A stretch of 64,000 nucleotides of DNA from Anthoceros angustus (taxonomy: Eukaryota > Plantae > Anthocerotophyta), in NCBI GenBank assembly GCA_010909165.1, contig VJWM01000063.1, forward strand, positions 62,001-126,000. The letters are read 5' to 3'. The notes under the pieces are model-generated. The model saw nothing but the letters and a program-made list of their open reading frames with translations. It was not told the DNA's origin and made no database searches. This document shows, one piece after another, positions 57,201-64,000 of this stretch (within the stretch, counting starts at the first letter, position 1; the number at the start of each line of letters is the position of its first letter). Both the position numbers and the translations under genes were made by a program.

Positions 57201-58000
57201 GGCTTCCGTGATGAGGTTGACTCCGACCCATCCAGGTACGTTCTTGATCACACACCCCGCAATTTCTACGAACCATGGCGCCTGGGTCCGTATGAGACAC
57301 TACCTCACCTCCACATTCTTGTCCTTCGACTCAAGGGTTTCGCCGTGGTTGTGTCTCCCCGATGGCCCTCGGACTTCGCCGACTTTGTCTTTTAACAAGC
57401 CTTGTTACAAATGTTGTTGATCCATCATCGGCCACCTTGAAAGGTGTGGTGGCTCCTTCCCCATCGCGTGCCGAGTCCTCAGCCCGCCATCCCCTGGTGG
57501 TCGGACACCCCGGTCGCCGGATCTCTTCCAAGCATCTCCGCCACTTCGCCACATCCGGTGGAAACCGAGGTGTTGCTGGGTGGTCCGTTTCTCCAACGCT
57601 TCCGGAGGCTTCCCGGCCTCCCGGCAGGTCTGATTTAACTCTCCTTCCTTAGCGGAGTTGCCTCCTTTGCAGTGTCCGGCCTCCGTATCCGCTTGATTTC
57701 ATTTTCTTCCTCTTAAACCTCCTTTCGCTTCCGGGTAGACACTTCCAAGACTCCCATCCGCCTTTCCTCCTCGCTGCACTTTGCTTCCAAGTCCCTTGCG
57801 CCTTCCCACTCCGCCACTGCATCCTCAATTTGTAGCACGCCTTTTAGGAAGGGAGGCGCTGGCCTCCTCCGGAGTGGCGAGCGCACGTTCTTGCGAGGTT
57901 GGACACAAGGTACCGCCCGCCATGTGCCCACCGCTAATCCCCACACAACCGCTCAAAATCTCCATTACCGCGTGGGATATGGGACACGCTGGAGTAGTGC
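54300..58000 (-). pseudogene. Degenerate gag-pol (zinc-knuckle remnant, aspartyl protease, RT, RNaseH, integrase)
   Basis: GVNLITEATARRLG (PR, about 57200), VVVPK...VCQDWRKLNA, KDHFPMPFVSDILDKV, YSF.DGY (RT, 56100-56300), and integrase-like segments at 54300-55000; many frameshifts. Confidence 0.85.
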
Positions 58001-59497
58001 CCGGATTCCCACAGCCCAGAGACCATGCAAGGATTCCGGTGGTCCTCCCCATGGGGTGCGAGGGCGGTGTATGGATGGACCTCCGGCTGGATACATCATT
58101 TGGGATATCGCGCCCGGGGCTTGCACTGGTAAGCATCCTCCCATTCCTCGCCCTCCCCATAATCGCCACTCACGGGTCCTGAGGGGCACGCCTTGAGTGC
58201 CCATGGCCGTGGTGGCACAAGACACCACCGATGGGTTCGAACTGGTGGCCGCCCGCCGCTTTTTGTCCTTCACTTGGTTGATCGTCAACTCCTCCACCCT
58301 CTTCATCACTTTCTTCCTCACCTACTTCTTTCAAGGGGGTCGTGGAACCTCTGACCGCGGTGTATCATAACCTCCTTCTTACCCTCCGCTTCTAGCCGGG
58401 CTTTTCTTCTTATTCTTGACGAGGTTCTTCTTCTTCCATGGCATCCTGATTCTTCTCGAGTCCTCCTCCTCCTCCGATGCCACCTCCCTCATCATCCTCC
58501 TCCAAGACTCTTCCAGTCCGCCCCGCTTTCTTCTTCTTCTTTCCTCCAGAGCGCCTCGCCCAGCATCGATTCTGTAATTCTCCGCCCGACCGCCTTGCTC
58601 ACATCTTTCTCGCCAACAGCAGACGTGTTTAGCCATGGCTTTGGTAAGCCCGCCAACCACCGCATCGCTTGCATGGTGGTGTGGGTGATGTCGATCTCGT
58701 GTAGAACCGCTCGATGTATCCCAACTTCTCCTTCTTCCTCGAGTCCTCTTCCTCCTCCTCATGCCACCTCGGTCTCATCATCCTCCTCTTGAGGACTCTT
58801 CATCTTGAGTCTTCTTCTTCTTCTTCTTTCCTCCTAGGCGCCCTCGTCGGTTGGATCGATTCTTCGTAATTCTCCGCCGGACCGCCTTGCTCACATCTTT
58901 CTGCTAGCGGCACGTGTTTAGCCATTGGCTTAGGTAAGCCAGCTGCGAACCAGCGTGCTTTGCATGGTGGTGGTGTGGGTGGTGTCGATCTCGGCGCGTG
59001 AACCGTTCGATGTCACGATCCCAACTTCTTGCCTCGCTTGGGTTCGAGTTTGGACAAGGCGTAGCCTGGTCAATTCCACGGAATCGTTCAAGAAGGCATT
59101 TTCAAAGCTTCAAACGGGGGGGCATCGTGGCCGACTTTCTCGAACCGAGCCGCCTGCCCTGAGAACCCTTGAAAGCCGGATGAGTCATCCGATCCCTCCC
59201 ATTGAAGCGGACACGAAGTCCTCCACAAAGGTCTCCGTCTCTCTCCTTCTTCCTCCAAAGATGGAGTACGCTTGTTTGGTCGACGTTGTTGCCATCACCC
59301 GCAAAGTTTGAGGAACCGCCTTTACTTCACCGGTGCTACTTCTTCCTCACGATCCGACAAGTCCACCGTGACTTAGACGGGTGTCCGCCTCGAGCTCTCT
59401 CACGCGGCTCACACGGAGCGCCTCCGACGGCCACAACGTCCGCCTTAGCACCGCCACCACTCCTCACGCATCCACGCTTACGAACGATTTCATTCTC

Positions 59498-59513
59498 GCA
59501 ACGGCGCCAAAAA
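59498..59513 (-). promoter_or_regulatory. Primer binding site complementary to the tRNA-Asp 3' end (Athila type)
   Basis: Minus strand ...CCACA|TTTT TGGCGCCGTTGC; the recalled Athila PBS is TGGCGCCGTTGCCGGGGA. Variants occur at about 59840-59857, 60790-60807 and 62124-62141. Confidence 0.8.
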
Positions 59514-60088
59514 TGTGGCGCGACTTTCCGATGGATGCCGGCCGCACAATCCTGTCGTTGTGGTATGGAGTCCGCTCAAGAGAATGCGCTTGCTTGGTCG
59601 ACGTTGTTGCCATCGTCGCGCCGGCAAAGTTTGAGGAACCGCTCCCCCCGCTGGCGTGGTGCTACTTCTTCCTCACGATCGACAAGTCCACCGCGCACTT
59701 ACGTGCGGTGTCCTGCCTCGAGCTCGTCGTCTTTCACGTGCTGCGCTCGGGCGCTCTGGCGATCTGGCGTCCGGCTCTCTTAGCAATTCGTCGTAACCTC
59801 TCCGTCCTCGCATCCACGCTTGCTCTGGCGATTTCATTCCCGGCAGCGCGCCAAAAATGTGGACTTTCGATGGATGTAGCGCACAATGTCGTTGTGGTAT
59901 GTCCGTTCCCAAAGAATGATTTCCGTTTCGCGGTGATTCTCACCTTCGTCCACTTCACCTTAACACACTCAATCTCGCTTACACCCATTATTTATAACGC
60001 TCACCGAACAGCCCGGTGGCCAAACGCTTAAGGACCTGCTTATCCGCTTCGTCTCCTTTCTTCATCTTGAGTCTTCTTCTTCTTCTTC

Positions 60089-62514
60089 TTTCCTCCTAGG
60101 CGCCCTCGTCGGTTGGATCGATTCTTCGTAATTCTCCGCCGGACCGCCTTGCTCACATCTTTCTGCTAGCGGCACGTGTTTAGCCATTGGCTTAGGTAAG
60201 CCAGCTGCGAACCAGCGTGCTTTGCATGGTGGTGGTGTGGGTGGTGTCGATCTCGGCGCGTGAACCGTTCGATGTCACGATCCCAACTTCTTGCCTCGCT
60301 TGGGTTCGAGTTTGGACAAGGCGTAGCCTGGTCAATTCCACGGAATCGTTCAAGAAGGCATCCTTCAACGAAGGTTGCGGGGGCATTGCAGGGTGGCGAT
60401 ACTTCCTTCGGTGCGCCGCGTTCGCGAAGGACCCCTTGGAGCATTTGGATGAGTGCATCGATCCCTCCCATTGAAGTTGTCGCTCGCGAAATCCTCCACG
60501 AAGGTTTCCTCTCTCCTTCTTACCTCCAAGAGAATGCGCTTGCTTGGTCGACGTTGTTGCCATCGTCGCGCCGGCAAAGTTTGAGGAACCGCTCCCCCCG
60601 CTGGCGTGGTGCTACTTCTTCCTCACGATCGACAAGTCCACCGCGCACTTACGTGCGGTGTCCTGCCTCGAGCTCGTCGTCTTTCACGTGCTGCGCTCGG
60701 GCGCTCTGGCGATCTGGCGTCCGGCTCTCTTAGCAATTCGTCGTAACCTCTCCGTCCTCGCATCCACGCTTGCTCTGGCGATTTCATTCCCGGCAGCGCG
60801 CCAAAAATGTGGACTTTCGATGGATGTAGCGCACAATGTCGTTGTGGTATGTCCGTTCCCAAAGAATGATTTCCGTTTCGCGGTGATTCTCACCTTTCTT
60901 GGTCCACTTCACCTTAACACACTCAATCTTCGTTTACGGCTATTTATAACGTTCACGCGGGCCGTGTATGGCGTTTAAGGACCCGTTGCGTCCGTTCGTC
61001 CTCGTTTCTTGATCCGTTCCTCTCATCGCTCTCTCTACACTTATCAACCTTGGAAAAAAGTAGCTACGTCGGGACCTCCTCGTTGCTCATGGGGCCTCTC
61101 CGTCCGGCTCTGCACACCCTCGGTACCTCGGCTGCGTTCGTCTCGGCGTTGGACCGCGCTCTCGACGAACAAGGGTCCTCACCTTCCTCGCACACACCAC
61201 CACACGCTAAGTCCGTCACGGACCTTGATCAATCTCCCGAGTCGCCGCGGCTCGCCATGACTCGTGACTGCAAGAAGACGCCACAAAGGGTCCGCAAGAA
61301 CGCATCAACACCAAGAGAAAGATGCTTTACTAGAGCGCCTCTCTTATACGCCCAAGGCGCCTTTATTACACTCTATTCGAGCCGATGGCCACAAGATACC
61401 CTAATCGCCGCCTACCATCCTATTTCCTCCTAGGCGCCCTCGTCGGTTGGATCGATTCTTCGTAATTCTCCGCCGGACCGCCTTGCTCACATCTTTCTGC
61501 TAGCGGCACGTGTTTAGCCATTGGCTTAGGTAAGCCAGCTGCGAACCAGCGTGCTTTGCATGGTGGTGGTGTGGGTGGTGTCGATCTCGGCGCGTGAACC
61601 GTTCGATGTCACGATCCCAACTTCTTGCCTCGCTTGGGTTCGAGTTTGGACAAGGCGTAGCCTGGTCAATTCCACGGAATCGTTCAAGAAGGCATCCTTC
61701 AACGAAGGTTGCGGGGGCATTGCAGGGTGGCGATACTTCCTTCGGTGCGCCGCGTTCGCGAAGGACCCCTTGGAGCATTTGGATGAGTGCATCGATCCCT
61801 CCCATTGAAGTTGTCGCTCGCGAAATCCTCCACGAAGGTTTCCTCTCTCCTTCTTACCTCCAAGAGAATGCGCTTGCTTGGTCGACGTTGTTGCCATCGT
61901 CGCGCCGGCAAAGTTTGAGGAACCGCTCCCCCCGCTGGCGTGGTGCTACTTCTTCCTCACGATCGACAAGTCCACCGCGCACTTACGTGCGGTGTCCTGC
62001 CTCGAGCTCGTCGTCTTTCACGTGCTGCGCTCGGGCGCTCTGGCGATCTGGCGTCCGGCTCTCTTAGCAATTCGTCGTAACCTCTCCGTCCTCGCATCCA
62101 CGCTTGCTCTGGCGATTTCATTCCCGGCAGCGCGCCAAAAATGTGGACTTTCGATGGATGTAGCGCACAATGTCGTTGTGGTATGTCCGTTCCCAAAGAA
62201 TGATTTCCGTTTCGCGGTGATTCTCACCTTTCTTGGTCCACTTCACCTTAACACACTCAATCTTCGTTTACGGCTATTTATAACGTTCACGCGGGCCGTG
62301 TATGGCGTTTAAGGACCCGTTGCGTCCGTTCGTCCTCGTTTCTTGATCCGTTCCTCTCATCGCTCTCTCTACACTTATCAACCTTGGAAAAAAGTAGCTA
62401 CGTCGGGACCTCCTCGTTGCTCATGGGGCCTCTCCGTCCGGCTCTGCACACCCTCGGTACCTCGGCTGCGTTCGTCTCGGCGTTGGACCGCGCTCTCGAC
62501 GAACAAGGGTCCTC
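60089..62514. repeat. Near-identical ~1.09-kb direct repeat, period 1334 bp (60089-61180 and 61423-62514)
   Basis: ORF translations at a +1334 offset are identical (e.g. 60166/61500, 60260/61594, 60544/61878). Partial third copies occur at 58798-59099 and 59578-59945. Confidence 0.95.
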
Positions 62515-64000
62515 GATCGTCCTTCCACACACCACCACCCGTTAAGTCGTCACGGGACCTTGATCTCTCCGGGTCGTCGTGCACCTTTCGGTGACTCGGG
62601 ACTCGCGTTAACAAGAAGGCGCAGTGCAGAGCGGCATCAACACCAAGAGAAGATACTTTACTAGGCCTCGGCCCTCTTATACTACGCCCAAGGTCGGCGT
62701 CTTTATTACACCCCTATTACGGTGATATGTACTAATCGGCCTACCATCCTATTTCCTCCCCTATCTCCTTCGGCGGTGGCTGGAAGGTCGGGTTCCCGGG
62801 ATGGGTGGTCCAATCCCGCCCGACAGCTTGGGCCCCAATCGGATGATCCGTGAGGCGGGCCCTCCTAAATCTCCCTACGGCGGCGGTCGACAACCGCCAC
62901 ATTACGACGCCATCCTCGCCTCCCTCGGTCCCCGGGGCCACCGCCATCTGCTTCCCTAGCGTAAGTCGAAGGGGCTCCTCATCGCCAGCCGACCTCGAGG
63001 TCTCGCCTCGACTCGAACTCGTGGAGTCCGGCTTATTTCCCGAGTCCGCCACTAGGTCCGACCTCTCGGGGTCCGGACCTCGTGGTCCGTCTTCCGAGGT
63101 CCGGACTCGTGGTCCGGCCTCCTTCGGAGTCCTGTGGTCCGACTCACGCCCCCGGCTCTTCCCTCACGGACTCCTCCGTGGCTCTCCCTCAAGTCCTTCC
63201 GCTGCTCCCGATCGCCTCGACTCGCTGGGCCCCTTCCATGGTGAGGTGGTGCTTACTCCGCCACATTCGCCGCCTCCTCGCTCCGCCTCCTCCGCCTCCT
63301 CTCTCCGCTCCTCAAACAACGCCAAGGTCCTCGTGGCCGCACTATCCCGGCCTTCTTCCTCGCCTTCTGACCGTCCGAAGTCCGCCCTCCCGCCGAGGGT
63401 GACGTGGTGCCCGCTTGAGAGCTCTGGTAGGCAGTCCGAATCGACTTGAATCGCCTCTTCCACATGGCCTCGAGCACCCGATACTCTCCGCCAAAGGTGC
63501 TCGGCACTGGAGTGTTGTTCGCCACCTCGCCTCGCCGCTGTGCTTGCCAACCGCCGGGCAGACTGGCCACCAAAGCGGCCTCACACTCCCTCGCAGCCTT
63601 TGCCGCCAACGCGCCTCCTCTTTGTCCAGCTCACCCAATCGACCGCCATAGCCCAGCCCTTCCGCCTTTCTAATCGGATAAGGAGCAGCTGCCTCCTCTA
63701 GCCTCCTCCTCCTCCTTACCTGCACTCAAGGTCCGCCACCTCTCTCCAATCGACCGTATATCCATCCGACTCTTCTCCAGCTCCTTCGCACTGCAACGCC
63801 CAACTCCTCGATAGTCGCCGATTTTCCTCCGCCTTCGACGGAGCCGGAGGCACTCTATTTCGTGCTCAAGTCGTGGATTCTCCCGCTGAGAATCACCGCC
63901 GCCCGACGATCTTGAGTTGTAGCCCAGCTGTGTCCTGCCGCCCTCCATCCGCCGCCTCTCCTCACTGACTTGAGATCTCCATCTCCCGAGTGCCGGCCTC
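62142..64000 (-). repeat. 5' LTR (partial, continues beyond the window)
   Basis: Colinear, diverged homology to 50224-51950; TG at 62142 adjacent to a PBS variant. Confidence 0.75.

Larger units (their letters stand above)
50224..64000 (-). mobile_element. Athila-like Ty3/gypsy LTR retrotransposon, degenerate, running off the window end
   Basis: On the minus strand: 5' LTR (from 62142 to beyond 64000), PBS, gag, PR, RT, RH, INT, PPT and 3' LTR. 50224-52000 is homologous to 62142-64000. Confidence 0.85.

Overview
Eukaryotic nuclear DNA from an early-diverging land plant, probably a hornwort. That assignment is inferred from DYW:KP deaminase domains ending in GRP. The left third (2.5-23 kb) is a head-to-tail cluster of intron-poor PLS-class PPR RNA-editing-factor genes. 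Four of them encode, in order, a putative transit peptide, an OSB-type 'PDF' ssDNA-binding motif, a PLS array, E1/E2 and a DYW:KP(GRP) domain, the clade associated with U-to-C editing. A fifth, intact gene is a WW-type E+ protein whose PDF motif has lost its core. The PDF-PPR-DYW:KP fusion is the main candidate for an undescribed system. None of the four GRP genes is a continuous ORF as assembled. Three are broken by dense 1-5 nt deletions inside near-identical PLS triplets, which may be long-read errors. The fourth is broken by a 134-bp tandem duplication that forms a perfect GT-AG intron candidate. The rest of the window is mostly pseudogenes and mobile DNA: an ABCG/PDR pseudogene, a processed thymidine kinase, a ~9 kb DDE transposon remnant carrying a ParB-like ORF, a MULE, a copia fragment, a divergent but open eRF1 ORF, and an Athila-like Ty3/gypsy element with ~3.8 kb LTRs and four tandem PBS/LTR junctions. 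All domain calls are by-eye motif recognition and no searches were run. Most short ORFs in the supplied track are antisense or out-of-frame shadows of these repeats.
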